Assembly: GCA_964524585.1 (NCBI GenBank)
Contig: CAZGCX010000001.1
Span: 1-50,557, forward strand
DNA from: an uncultured Anaerolineaceae bacterium
GTDB lineage: Bacteria; Chloroflexota; Anaerolineae; Anaerolineales; E44-bin32
DNA: 50,557 bases
Direction of reading: 5' to 3'
Both the position numbers and the translations under genes were made by a program. The notes beneath the pieces were generated by a model. The model ran no database searches and was not told where the DNA came from. It worked only from the letters and a program-made list of their open reading frames with translations. Below, piece after piece: positions 9,959 through 19,082 of the stretch (within the stretch, counting starts at the first letter, position 1; every line of letters starts with the position of its first letter).

Positions 9959-11100
9959 AACTACACGAGTACCAGAGCAAACAGCTCTTCGCGAAGCACG
10001 GGGTGGCTATCCCGCGGGGCAGAGTTGCCAGCTCCGCGGCAGAGGTCAAGGCCATCGCCACCGAGCTCGGCGGCAGGACCGTGGTGAAGGCCCAAGTCCT
10101 GGTTGGTGGCCGGGGCAAGGCAGGAGGCATTCGCTTGGCACGGTCGCCACAGGAGGCCGAGGAGCTGGCAACTCAGGTGTTGGCGATGAAGATCAAGGGC
10201 CTGCCGGTGCGCCGGGTGTTGGTGGACGAGGCGGCAGACATCGCTTCCGAAATCTACCTGGGGATTACCAACGATCGGGCGGCTCGCTGCCCGGTATTGA
10301 TCGGCTCCGCCGAGGGCGGGGTCGAGATCGAGGAGGTCGCCAGGAAGTCGCCGGAGAAGATCGTCCGGATTCGGATCGACCCGCTGCTGGGCCTCCGCGA
10401 ATACCAGGCCCGCAGCCTGGCGGCAGATTTGGAACTACCACATCAGAACTGGGGCGAGTTTGGCAAGATCGCTCGCGGCCTATATGAGACCTTCGTCGAG
10501 GCCGATGCCACTTTGGCCGAAATCAACCCGCTGGTCATCACCGCCGCGGGTGGAATGCTTGCGGTCGACGGCAAGATCGTGCTGGACGATAACGCGCTGT
10601 ACCGGCACCCCGACCTGGAGGAACTGCGGGATGTGGATGCCGAAGTGCCGTCCGAGCGGGAAGCTCGCAAGTATGGCCTGTCCTACGTCAAGCTCGAAGG
10701 AGATATCGGCTGCATGGTCAACGGCGCCGGGCTGGCGATGGCGACCATGGACGTGATCAAGCACCTGGGAGGCGAGCCGGCCAACTTCCTGGATGTGGGC
10801 GGAGGTGCCGCGGCAGAAAAGGTAGCCGCCGCGATCGAGATCATCCTTTCCGACCCGGCGGTCCGGTCCGTGATGTTCAACATCTTCGGTGGGATCACGC
10901 GCTGCGATGAAGTCGCCAGGGGCATCCTGATCGCCTTGGATGAGGTCAAGACCGAGCTTCCGATGGTCGTCCGTCTGGTAGGAACCAACGAGTCCGAGGG
11001 CCGCAAGTTGCTGGCCGACGCCGAGATACCGACTGCTCGATCGCTCGTGGATGCGGCCACGCAGGCAATTGCCGCGGCTCGGGCCGAGACCGTCCGGTGA
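9955..11100 (+). CDS. sucC: succinyl-CoA synthetase beta subunit
   Basis: [17 protein letters not shown]..., an ATP-grasp region, and ...[13 protein letters not shown]...NFLDVGGGA. It is coupled to both flanking genes by 4-nt overlaps. Confidence 0.95.
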   Translation: MKLHEYQSKQLFAKHGVAIPRGRVASSAAEVKAIATELGGRTVVKAQVLVGGRGKAGGIRLARSPQEAEELATQVLAMKIKGLPVRRVLVDEAADIASEIYLGITNDRAARCPVLIGSAEGGVEIEEVARKSPEKIVRIRIDPLLGLREYQARSLAADLELPHQNWGEFGKIARGLYETFVEADATLAEINPLVITAAGGMLAVDGKIVLDDNALYRHPDLEELRDVDAEVPSEREARKYGLSYVKLEGDIGCMVNGAGLAMATMDVIKHLGGEPANFLDVGGGAAAEKVAAAIEIILSDPAVRSVMFNIFGGITRCDEVARGILIALDEVKTELPMVVRLVGTNESEGRKLLADAEIPTARSLVDAATQAIAAARAETVR

Positions 11101-11960
11101 GCATTCTGATCGATAAGAACACCCGGGTGGTTGTGCAGGGAGTGACCGGCCGCGAAGGGCTGTTCCACGCGGCTCAGATGATCGACTACGGAACCAACGT
11201 CGTGGCCGGGGTCACCCCGGGCAAGGGCGGAGAGTGGTTGTTCGAGGGCAAGCTCCCAGTGTTCGACACCATGGAGCGTGCGCTGACTGCCACCGGCGCC
11301 ACTTGCAGCGTGTCGTTTGTGCCGGCCCGGTTCGCGGCGGATGCCATGCTGGAAGCCGCCGATTCAGGCGTGCCGCTGATCGTCTGCATCACCGAAGGGA
11401 TTCCGGTGCGCGACATGATCATGGTGCGCCGTTATCTGGATCAGAAAGGCGTCCGACTGGTGGGGCCGAACTGCCCCGGAATGCTGACGCCGGGTGAGTG
11501 CAAGGTCGGAATCATTCCAGGTCACATCGCTCAACCGGGCCCGATTGGGGTCGTTTCACGCTCCGGAACCTTGACCTATGAGGTGCTGCATGCCCTCAAT
11601 GAGCACGGGCAGGGGGTTACCACCTGCGTGGGGATCGGCGGCGACCCGATTAACGGCACCAGCTTCATCGATGTACTGGAGATGTTTGAAGACGACCCGC
11701 ACACCGAGTCGGTGGTGATGATCGGCGAGATCGGCGGCACCGCTGAAGAACGCGCCGCGGAATTTATCGCCGACCGAATGACCAAACCGGTGGTGGGTTT
11801 CATCGCCGGCCGAACCGCGCCGGCCGGCAAACGCATGGGTCACGCCGGCGCCATTATTGAATCCGGATCCGGGTTGGCCTCCGACAAGATCGAAGCGCTT
11901 CAGTCCGCCGGAGTCTCCGTGGCGGACCATCCAGAAGCGATCCCCGAGCTGTTGAATTGA
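11097..11960 (+). CDS. sucD: succinyl-CoA synthetase alpha subunit
   Basis: [13 protein letters not shown]...GPNCPG...SRSGTLTYE...GIGGDP...MGHAGAI, including the phosphohistidine loop. Confidence 0.95.
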   Translation: MSILIDKNTRVVVQGVTGREGLFHAAQMIDYGTNVVAGVTPGKGGEWLFEGKLPVFDTMERALTATGATCSVSFVPARFAADAMLEAADSGVPLIVCITEGIPVRDMIMVRRYLDQKGVRLVGPNCPGMLTPGECKVGIIPGHIAQPGPIGVVSRSGTLTYEVLHALNEHGQGVTTCVGIGGDPINGTSFIDVLEMFEDDPHTESVVMIGEIGGTAEERAAEFIADRMTKPVVGFIAGRTAPAGKRMGHAGAIIESGSGLASDKIEALQSAGVSVADHPEAIPELLN

Positions 11961-12514
11961 TTCGCGTGATTGCCGGCCGTGCCAAAGGCCGGCGGTTGCG
12001 AATGGTGAAGGGCGACATCACGCGGCCGATCAGCGACCGGGTGAAAGAGTCGTTGTTCAACATCCTGGGCCTCTCGGTGCCGGGCTGTCGGTTTCTGGAT
12101 CTGTTTGCCGGAACCGGTGGGGTTGGCATCGAGGCGCTAAGCCGTGACGCCGACCATGCCACGTTCGTCGAGCGGCACTCAGCGGCGATCGAAGTAATCC
12201 GCGCTAACCTGGAAACCACCGGGTTGGCGGCCTCGGCCATGGTCGTCCAGTCGGACGTCTTCACTTACCTCGAACGGACGGCCGACCAGCCCTTCGACAT
12301 CGTATACGTCGCACCGCCCCAATACTCAGAGCTTTGGAGCCGATGCGTGAGGGTTCTGGATCGGCGGGTTCAGTGGCTCAATCCGGACGCGTGGGTGGTG
12401 GCCCAGATACACCCTAGAGAGTACCTCGAGCTTGAACTGAGCGAACTCAAACTGACCGACCAACGAGTGTACGGAACGACGATGCTCGCCTTTTACAGTT
12501 GGCCGGGGACCTGA
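11957..12514 (+). CDS. rsmD: 16S rRNA (guanine966-N2)-methyltransferase
   Basis: [12 protein letters not shown]......[15 protein letters not shown]....[18 protein letters not shown] is the RsmD signature. Confidence 0.85.
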   Translation: MIRVIAGRAKGRRLRMVKGDITRPISDRVKESLFNILGLSVPGCRFLDLFAGTGGVGIEALSRDADHATFVERHSAAIEVIRANLETTGLAASAMVVQSDVFTYLERTADQPFDIVYVAPPQYSELWSRCVRVLDRRVQWLNPDAWVVAQIHPREYLELELSELKLTDQRVYGTTMLAFYSWPGT

Positions 12515-12543
12515 TCCAACTTGAACCGCCGAGAGAGCGTGTG

Positions 12544-13440
12544 CTAGCCGCGATCTCGAGAACTTCCGAAGATCCTTTCGCCCCCCAGCATCTGCCTCAG
12601 CAGCTGATAAAAGGCATGCAGCTCCAAAGCGAACGGTGGAAACCCCAGCAGACCGAGCAGCGGCATTTGTCCGTAACGCAGACCGAGCGGGCGGAGAGCG
12701 CCAGGAAAGGTGTATATCCAGTAGGCACCGCCGGCTGAGGCAGCCTGTTGATTCCAGGCCTCCCACAACAAGCCGCAGGCCAGGCCTCCGATCAGCAGGG
12801 CAATCGATCTTCGACGGTCACCGCCAATCCATTGCCGGCGCAGCGATGGGACGCCCAGCTGGCCATTGAGCGGATCAATCAACACGAAGAAGCCGATCCA
12901 TACCGCCCCAAACAAGTAGGCGGCCTGCTCCGACGACAGCGTCAGGGGGACACTGATCATCGCCAAACCGGCGATCGACCAAGCCCAGCCTGGACCGAGT
13001 CTCAAGCGTCGCTCGGTTGGCCGGGCCCATCCGAACCGTTCCAGCAAGGCTTCGGCCAGATCGCTGACCTCGAATACTCCCGGCATGATCGTGGCGAACG
13101 ACCAGAAGTACCCCAAGTCACGCACCAGTGAGCTATTCGGGAGTCCGGCGTACTGCCAGTTGTGCAAATGCAGGTTGTAGGCTTCAAACAGCAGCCAGAC
13201 CCCAACCGAAACCAGAACCAAGAGCGGGAACTCGCGGCCGCGGCTTCTGAGCCAGGAGCGCCCTCGGAGCCGGAACACCAGTGCGTCGACCAGCAAAATG
13301 AGTCCGGTCCACATCACCGGAGTCAACCAGGTTGCGATCCAGGGCACGCCGGCCGCCAGGGCGGCCTGGCCGCCCAACAAGATTGCGATGCCCAGCCAAC
13401 CATGCGGCAGAAATGAACGCGCCCGGGCCGGGACCTGCAT
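12544..13440 (-). CDS. polytopic integral membrane protein, function unknown
   Basis: About 8 hydrophobic segments. I chose the internal ATG at 13440, which overlaps the NUDIX stop in TGATG. The track start (13593) would lie inside the NUDIX gene. Confidence 0.5.
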   Translation of the reverse strand: MQVPARARSFLPHGWLGIAILLGGQAALAAGVPWIATWLTPVMWTGLILLVDALVFRLRGRSWLRSRGREFPLLVLVSVGVWLLFEAYNLHLHNWQYAGLPNSSLVRDLGYFWSFATIMPGVFEVSDLAEALLERFGWARPTERRLRLGPGWAWSIAGLAMISVPLTLSSEQAAYLFGAVWIGFFVLIDPLNGQLGVPSLRRQWIGGDRRRSIALLIGGLACGLLWEAWNQQAASAGGAYWIYTFPGALRPLGLRYGQMPLLGLLGFPPFALELHAFYQLLRQMLGGERIFGSSRDRG

Positions 13441-13937
13441 CAGCTGAACTGGATCCGTAGCTCTCCGCTGCTCGAATAGGTGTAGCAGGCAGAGAAGGTC
13501 GAGCGCTCGCGATAGGCCTTCAGCGCAGCCGGAAGCAGAGTGGGGAGGTCCTCGACCAGCGGAACGTTCCCGAGCTCGTCGATGGAGTGCCACGCCAGGT
13601 TGTCCATGCCTGGATCTGCCCGCTCACGATCCAGCTCGCCCACGAAGACGTACAGGCCGATGCCTGGGTTGCTTTGAGTATCCACCGTCACAACCCCGCA
13701 CAACCGCTGATCGGCCACTTCCAGTCCGCTCTCCTCAAGTACCTCACGCACCGCTGCGGATCGGGGGTCTTCCCCCTGTTCGATGTGGCCCCCGAGCCCA
13801 TTGTAGAGCCCGTTCCAGCCGGCATGCTTGGCTCCGAGCTGGATGAGCAGCACCTGGTTCCCGCGGACCAGGAAGGTGAGGGTGCGCGGGATCAAACTGT
13901 AGCGGGTTGGGTCGACTCGCTGTCCATCAAGGGACAT
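13440..13937 (-). CDS. NUDIX hydrolase
   Basis: The NUDIX box GLGGHIEQGEDPRSAAVREVLEESGLEV is present. Confidence 0.8.
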   Translation of the reverse strand: MSLDGQRVDPTRYSLIPRTLTFLVRGNQVLLIQLGAKHAGWNGLYNGLGGHIEQGEDPRSAAVREVLEESGLEVADQRLCGVVTVDTQSNPGIGLYVFVGELDRERADPGMDNLAWHSIDELGNVPLVEDLPTLLPAALKAYRERSTFSACYTYSSSGELRIQFS

Positions 13938-13946
13938 GGCGGGCGA

Positions 13947-13952
13947 ATTATA
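13947..13952 (-). promoter_or_regulatory. candidate -10 box (TGAGTATAAT) giving a near-leaderless NUDIX mRNA
   Basis: TATAAT on the minus strand ends 9 nt before ATG 13937, and there is no SD sequence in between. Confidence 0.4.
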
Positions 13953-14012
13953 CTCACGCCGATGTCAGCGCTCCGTCAGCCGAGCGGAGGCGAACTCGCG
14001 GATGCCGCGCGC

Positions 14013-14018
14013 TATAAT
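14013..14018 (+). promoter_or_regulatory. candidate -10 box (GCTATAAT) for the 177-aa/SPFH operon
   Basis: TATAAT lies 35 nt upstream of ATG 14054. The word GCTATAAT also precedes tRNA-Leu and hflX. Confidence 0.4.
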
Positions 14019-14053
14019 CCGGTCAGTTTGCGCAGGAATTGCAGGAGCAGAGC

Positions 14054-14587
14054 ATGACAGATTCAATGGATATGTCAGATCCGATGGAGAAGGTGACTGA
14101 AGGCAAGGACCTGCTGGGAAAGATCCAGAACTTTGTCTCAGGCTTCCTGGGCTACTACGATCGGGAACGGCGGCGAGACGCCGACAAGATGCTGCGAGAT
14201 GGCCTGGCGCAGCGATACGAGCAGCAGTGGCAGCGGATCTCTGACCTACAAAAGCAGATGATCGCCAACAAGCAGTTAGAGTTGGTAGACGATCTGGAAG
14301 CCGCTGCGGTGAAGATCCGCGGTTTTATTGATCGGGTCAAGAACGCGCCACGGGGATATGCAGGCTTCTTCGATGCGGCCCGCATCAATCAGGACGAGCT
14401 CGACAGGCTGTACCAGTACGATTTGATGCTGCTCCAGAAAGCCGATCAGCTGGGGTCGGCGATCGACGGCGTGGAGAGCGCGTTTGGCAAGGAAGAACTG
14501 CCGGCGGTGATCGCCACGTTGGTGCGGGTAGCTGCAGATGTCAGCGCAACTTACGAGCTGCGCGATGAAACCGTGATGAGCCGCTAG
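14054..14587 (+). CDS. hypothetical helical/coiled-coil protein
   Basis: ORF track 14039..14587. I prefer ATG 14054, which is preceded by AGGAG. I recognise no family. It lies 14 nt upstream of the SPFH gene. Confidence 0.5.
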   Translation: MTDSMDMSDPMEKVTEGKDLLGKIQNFVSGFLGYYDRERRRDADKMLRDGLAQRYEQQWQRISDLQKQMIANKQLELVDDLEAAAVKIRGFIDRVKNAPRGYAGFFDAARINQDELDRLYQYDLMLLQKADQLGSAIDGVESAFGKEELPAVIATLVRVAADVSATYELRDETVMSR

Positions 14588-14601
14588 GAGACAGATCAGA
14601 C

Positions 14602-15639
14602 ATGGCGAGAATCTTCGATATTGTCGAATATCCGAACGAGATGGCGAATGAATTCGTCCATCGCCTGCCGGAGACCGGTTCGGGTGATTTCCGAATCGGC
14701 AGTCAAGTCATCGTCCGAGAAGCCCAGAGCGCGGTGTTCTTTCGGGATGGGAAGGCGCTTGACAGCTTCGGGCCGGGCCGACACACGATCACGACCGCCA
14801 ACATCCCGTTGTTGGTGGACCTGATCGGCAAAGCCTTTAACGATCAGAGCCCGTTCCCGGCAGAAGTCTATTTCGTCTCGATGCGGGAGTTTGCCGACGA
14901 GAAGTGGGGCACGGCCCAACCGATCCTGGTCAACAACCCGGGCGTCGGCCTGGGGATTGCGCTGCTGCAGGGGTTTGGAAGTTACGGGATTCAGATCTCC
15001 GACCCGCAACAGTTCGTGACCCAGTTAGTCGGCGCGATGGGGGTCTACAGCACGCACGACATCCAGAGCCGGCTGCGCTCGATGTTGCTGTCGAAGCTGC
15101 AAGACCTGTTGGGCGAGACCACCGCGGCCAGCAGCGTTCCGGAACTGATCGGAATGGTGGAAGAGCTGGGTGCCGGCGTTCGGGCAAAGGCCCAGGACGA
15201 CTTCAAGGCGCTGGGTTTGACACTGAAAGCCTTCTATATTGAGAGCTTGAAGCCCTCCGACAAGTCGGCCGAGGAGCTTCGGGCAATGGGCATGCTCGAC
15301 ATGGAGACCTACACCCAGCTGCAGGCGGCCGACGCCATGCGCGATGCAGCACGTAACCCCTCAGGTGGGGCCGGGCTCACCGCGGGGATCGGGGCCGGCA
15401 TGGGAATTGGCTCTGCCATCAGCGACGCAGTTCGCAAGGGGAGCGAAGGCGGCGGTAAGGCCGAGGCTGCCAGCGGCGCGATGCCAGATGTGATGACCCC
15501 TGGCGAAGCTGCTGGGTTCCTGAAGGTGGCGGAGGAGGACTTGGTCGCCGCGATCGAAGGCGGCGAGCTCAAGGCTAAGAAGATCGGGAACGCGTACCGA
15601 ATCTCGCGCGAGTCGCTGAACGACTATCTGAAGGGCTGA
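14602..15639 (+). CDS. SPFH-domain protein of the YdjI / virion-core-protein-like type with a C-terminal excisionase-type HTH
   Basis: The N-terminus (IFDIVEYPNEMANEFVHRLPETGSGDFRIGSQVIVREAQSAVFFRDGKALDSFGPGRH...) resembles COG4260/YdjI-like SPFH proteins. The C-terminus (MTPGEAAGFLKVAEEDLVAAIEGGELKAKKIGNAYRISRESLNDYL) resembles an HTH_17/excisionase domain. A good AGGAGA RBS is present. Confidence 0.65.
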   Translation: MARIFDIVEYPNEMANEFVHRLPETGSGDFRIGSQVIVREAQSAVFFRDGKALDSFGPGRHTITTANIPLLVDLIGKAFNDQSPFPAEVYFVSMREFADEKWGTAQPILVNNPGVGLGIALLQGFGSYGIQISDPQQFVTQLVGAMGVYSTHDIQSRLRSMLLSKLQDLLGETTAASSVPELIGMVEELGAGVRAKAQDDFKALGLTLKAFYIESLKPSDKSAEELRAMGMLDMETYTQLQAADAMRDAARNPSGGAGLTAGIGAGMGIGSAISDAVRKGSEGGGKAEAASGAMPDVMTPGEAAGFLKVAEEDLVAAIEGGELKAKKIGNAYRISRESLNDYLKG

Positions 15640-15670
15640 CGCTCCGCGCGGCATCACCGAAACGCAAGTT

Positions 15671-15703
15671 AAGCCCCTGCCTTCGCGCAGGGGCTTTTTT
15701 TTT
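15671..15703 (+). terminator. rho-independent terminator
   Basis: AAGCCCCTGC-cttcgc-GCAGGGGCTT followed by a run of T residues, 32 nt after the SPFH stop. Confidence 0.85.
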
Positions 15704-15829
15704 GTGCCTGCTGCTGGCGATCCGCGAGCCCCGGGTGCGGGCCGCTCACTGCATGCGTTGCGCATAGCCACAAGGGAAAGTGCTCGGATCCTCAAGCTCC
15801 AGCTCGACCGTGGTCCAGGGTTCCGCAGT

Positions 15830-16513
15830 TCAGGCTGCGAGTTTGAGCTGGGTTTGCAGTGCTTCGATCTGGAGGTCGGTCAGGCTGGGCGCCTTGGGGA
15901 GCTTGCGCAGTGTGCTCTTAAGTTTCTTGATGTGCGTGACCGGAATGGGGGCGCTGTCCGGTTGTACGTTCGCGCCTGAGTGCAGGAACACCAGCAACGG
16001 CTCCACCTTCGGTGCCTCGGTGAGACGATCGAGCCTGCGTTGAGCGCGCTCGGCCTCGCCTGCAGCCTCTCGCTCAAGGCCGCGGAGCGGTCGAGGACCG
16101 GCTCGCCGCAGCAAGCCGCCCTTGGCCAGTGTTCGCTGCCACTGTCCGTCGCGATAGGCGATTTCTCCATCCTCTATCCGTGGAATCAGCGCAAATACGC
16201 CGGATGGGCAGTTGAGCACATGGCTGGCGCCGAGGAAGTGGTGGAAGACCACGAACCGCTTGTCCAGTCCCTTCAGACCCTCATCCAGCACCTGGTCGAA
16301 GCGCGGCTCACGGTCCCACCTGTTTCGCAACGGCAGGCCAATCTGGGAGGTCAGCATCCCGATGATCAGCAGTGTGAACACCAGATTGAACGAGTAGGGC
16401 GGCCGCAATGACACCAGCACCGCCAGGCCCATCAGCCCCAGCCCTCCAAAGGCCATGACCCGCGAGATTCGGGCGTAGAGGCGGATGCGGGACAGGTTGG
16501 TGAACGATTGCAT
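15830..16513 (-). CDS. membrane-anchored NERD-like (nuclease-related domain) protein
   Basis: Two N-terminal TM segments, then LKGLDKRFVVFHHFLGASHVLNCPSGVFALIPRIEDGEIAYRDGQWQR, which resembles NERD. I chose ATG 16513, which overlaps the fabF stop in TGATG. Confidence 0.45.
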   Translation of the reverse strand: MQSFTNLSRIRLYARISRVMAFGGLGLMGLAVLVSLRPPYSFNLVFTLLIIGMLTSQIGLPLRNRWDREPRFDQVLDEGLKGLDKRFVVFHHFLGASHVLNCPSGVFALIPRIEDGEIAYRDGQWQRTLAKGGLLRRAGPRPLRGLEREAAGEAERAQRRLDRLTEAPKVEPLLVFLHSGANVQPDSAPIPVTHIKKLKSTLRKLPKAPSLTDLQIEALQTQLKLAA

Positions 16514-17769
16514 CAGACCCGGCGCATCACCAGACAGGCGTTCTGACCGCCCAGGCCAAACGAGTTGGAGAGCACGACATCGACCGTCGATTGTCGGGCC
16601 TCGCCCGGCACGTAGTCCAGGTCGCACTCGGGATCCGCGTTTTCCAGATTGATGGTGGGGTGGATTTCCTTGCGGTCCAATGTCAGTGCACAGACGATCG
16701 CTTCGATCGATCCCGAGGCGCCCATAGCGTGACCGAGCATCGATTTGGTCGATGAGACCGGGATGTTGTAGGCCTGCTCGCCGAACAGCAGCTTGATCGC
16801 CAGCGTCTCAACCGAGTCGTTGGCCGGCGTCGAAGTTCCGTGGGCATTGATATATCCGACCTGATCCGGCGAGATCTGGGCATCTTCCAGGGCCCATTTC
16901 ATGGTGCGCAGCGCGCCCTGACCGGACGGGTCCGGCGCGGCCATGTGGAAAGCATCGCTGGAGCTGGCGTGGCCGGCGATCTCGGCGTACATGTGAGCGC
17001 CGCGCTGGCTGGCGTGCTCGTAGCTCTCCAACACCAGGGCAGCCGCGCCTTCAGAGAACACGAAACCCTCCCGCAGCGCGTCGAACGGGCGGGAAGCCCG
17101 CTGGGGTTCGTCGTTGAAGCTTGTCGGCAGGGCCCGCATGGCGGCAAATCCGGCAAACATGAAATCCTGCACCTGGGCCTCCGTGCCGCCGGCCAGCACC
17201 ACATCCGCCAGGCCGGCGCGGATGAGATCGGCGCCTTCGCCGACCGCCTGGGTGCCCGCCGCGCAGGCAGTCACGATGGTTCGATTTGGCCCGAAGGCGC
17301 CGAACCGGTCTGCCAGGTGGAAGTTCGAGATATTGTGCATGGCGGATGGCACGGCAAACGGATTGACTCGGCTGTAGCCGTGCTCGCGAAACGTCAGGTA
17401 GGCCTCGAAAGCCCGGTCCAGTCCGCCGATGGCGGTTCCCAGGCTCACGCCAACCCGTTCCGGGTTGGGCAGTTGCTGGGGCAAACCGCTATCGGAGATT
17501 GCCATGCTGGTCGCGGCCAGCGCGATCTGGGAGGCGCGAGACATCCGCCGGGCTTCCTTGCTGGTCATGAACTCGGTGGGCTCGAAACTTGGGATTTCGC
17601 CCGCTACCTGGCATGGGAATCCGCTGGGCTCGAAGTGCGTGATCCGCCGCACGCCCGACCGGCCGGTCAGCAGGGCTTGCCAGAAGTTCTCCAGATCGGA
17701 CCCGACCGAGGTCACCAAGCCCATGCCGGTCACAACTGCCCGATGGCGGTGGTTCAGAGAATGGCTCAC
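16513..17769 (-). CDS. fabF: beta-ketoacyl-ACP synthase II
   Basis: RAVVTGMGLVTSVG...TIVTACAAG (active-site Cys)...INAHGTSTP...SSTKSMLGHAMGASG...SNSFGLGGQNACLVM. Confidence 0.9.
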   Translation of the reverse strand: MSHSLNHRHRAVVTGMGLVTSVGSDLENFWQALLTGRSGVRRITHFEPSGFPCQVAGEIPSFEPTEFMTSKEARRMSRASQIALAATSMAISDSGLPQQLPNPERVGVSLGTAIGGLDRAFEAYLTFREHGYSRVNPFAVPSAMHNISNFHLADRFGAFGPNRTIVTACAAGTQAVGEGADLIRAGLADVVLAGGTEAQVQDFMFAGFAAMRALPTSFNDEPQRASRPFDALREGFVFSEGAAALVLESYEHASQRGAHMYAEIAGHASSSDAFHMAAPDPSGQGALRTMKWALEDAQISPDQVGYINAHGTSTPANDSVETLAIKLLFGEQAYNIPVSSTKSMLGHAMGASGSIEAIVCALTLDRKEIHPTINLENADPECDLDYVPGEARQSTVDVVLSNSFGLGGQNACLVMRRV

Positions 17770-18788
17770 ATCAACTCCGCGATCCCATCCCGCATCGCCT
17801 GCAGCAGATTGACTTCCACTGCCTGCCTCGCCACCTGAATGGCGGTCAGGATCGCCTTTTCATCGCTGCGACCATGACCGATAAAGACCAGGCCATCCGC
17901 CCCGAGCAGCGGAGCTGCGCCGTATTCTCCGGGATCGAGTAGCTTGAACACCCGCCGCAGCGCCGGTCGGGCCAGCGCACCGCCTGCCGCCGTGAGCGGT
18001 GAGGCCGCCACCTCCGCCCGCATGACGGCAACGATCAACGCCGCCACCGCTTCGCTGGTCTTGATGAACACGTTTCCGGTGAACCCATCGGTCACCACCA
18101 CATCCACCTGGCCCTGATAGACCTCCTTGGGCTCCACATTTCCCCGGAAGTCCAGGCCAGAGTTGGCCAGCGCCTGATAACTGTTCCGCACGAGCTCGGT
18201 ACCCTTTCCCGCCTCCTCACCGCTGGACAGCAGCCCGATCCGTGGGCGTTCACGATCCATCATCAACCGGGCGTGGATCGCGCCCAGAACCGCGAACTGG
18301 AGCAGATAGTCCGGTTTGCACTCGGCGTTTGCCCCGATATCGAGCATCACCGCCTGGCCGTCTCTGACCGGCAGCACCACGCTCAACGCCGGACGTTTAA
18401 CCCCCTTCAGCCTTCCCAGGGTGAACAGCGCGCTCGCCAGGGCGCCGCCGGTATTGCCCATCGTCACGAACGCATCGGCCTGACCACTCTTGAGTTGCTC
18501 CATCCCGACCGTCATGCTGTTTCTGGTCTTGCGCCGGGCGGCGAGCGACGGCTTTTCGGTCATCGAGATCACCTCGGGCGCATCCAACAATTCGATCCGC
18601 CCACTGTGGATCCGGGGTCTCAGCAGCCGTTCCGGCCCGGTGAGCCAGATCGGCTCGCCCCAGCGCTGAACTGCTAGCTCGGCCGCTGCCAGTTCTGGTT
18701 CCGGATGGAGATCACTTCCCATCCCGTCAAGCACGATGCGAGGCAACTTGGTCCGCCCAATCTCAGTTGAACGCCACCCACCGCCCAA
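17766..18788 (-). CDS. plsX: phosphate acyltransferase PlsX
   Basis: IVLDGMGSD...AFVTMGNTGGALA...DIGANAECKPDYLLQFA...TDGFTGNVFIKT...GHGRSD. The true start may be TTG 18746. Confidence 0.9.
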   Translation of the reverse strand: MGGGWRSTEIGRTKLPRIVLDGMGSDLHPEPELAAAELAVQRWGEPIWLTGPERLLRPRIHSGRIELLDAPEVISMTEKPSLAARRKTRNSMTVGMEQLKSGQADAFVTMGNTGGALASALFTLGRLKGVKRPALSVVLPVRDGQAVMLDIGANAECKPDYLLQFAVLGAIHARLMMDRERPRIGLLSSGEEAGKGTELVRNSYQALANSGLDFRGNVEPKEVYQGQVDVVVTDGFTGNVFIKTSEAVAALIVAVMRAEVAASPLTAAGGALARPALRRVFKLLDPGEYGAAPLLGADGLVFIGHGRSDEKAILTAIQVARQAVEVNLLQAMRDGIAELM

Positions 18789-18860
18789 GGGCCAAATCGG
18801 TCCAGTCCAGCCGTTGATCGTTGCAGCGGGGCGGTGGCGAGGCTCAAAATGCGGCCTAGG

Positions 18861-18888
18861 TTGACACGCCTAGGCCGTCCGCTATAAT
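18861..18888 (+). promoter_or_regulatory. consensus sigma-70 promoter TTGACA-N16-TATAAT for tRNA-Leu
   Basis: TTGACA at 18861-18866 and TATAAT at 18883-18888. The tRNA 5' end is at 18902. The -35 hexamer is bracketed by the 9-bp inverted repeat CGGCCTAGG/CCTAGGCCG. Confidence 0.7.
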
Positions 18889-18901
18889 ACCGCGGAACCC
18901 T

Positions 18902-18983
18902 GCGCTGGTGCTGGAATTGGCAGACAGGCATGGTTGAGGGCCATGTGCCGCAAGGCGTGTGGGTTCAACTCCCACCCAGCGCA
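18902..18983 (+). tRNA. tRNA-Leu (anticodon GAG), CCA not encoded
   Basis: Hand-folded. Acceptor GCGCTGG/CCAGCGC, D stem CTG/CAG with a GG loop, and anticodon stem CATGG/CCATG with loop TTGAGGG. There is a long variable arm (GCCGCAAGGCG) and a T arm GTGGG-TTCAACT-CCCAC. Confidence 0.85.
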
Positions 18984-18990
18984 CTACCGT

Positions 18991-19022
18991 CGGGTTGCCG
19001 CTTGGCAGCCCGTTTTGTTGTT
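18991..19022 (+). terminator. rho-independent terminator after tRNA-Leu
   Basis: CGGGTTGCC-gctt-GGCAGCCCG followed by TTTTGTTGTT. Confidence 0.75.
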
Positions 19023-19082
19023 CGGAAGGCGGCATTGACAGCCGCTGGCGAACGCCTGACTGGGAGAGCTGTGGGGGTCTAA

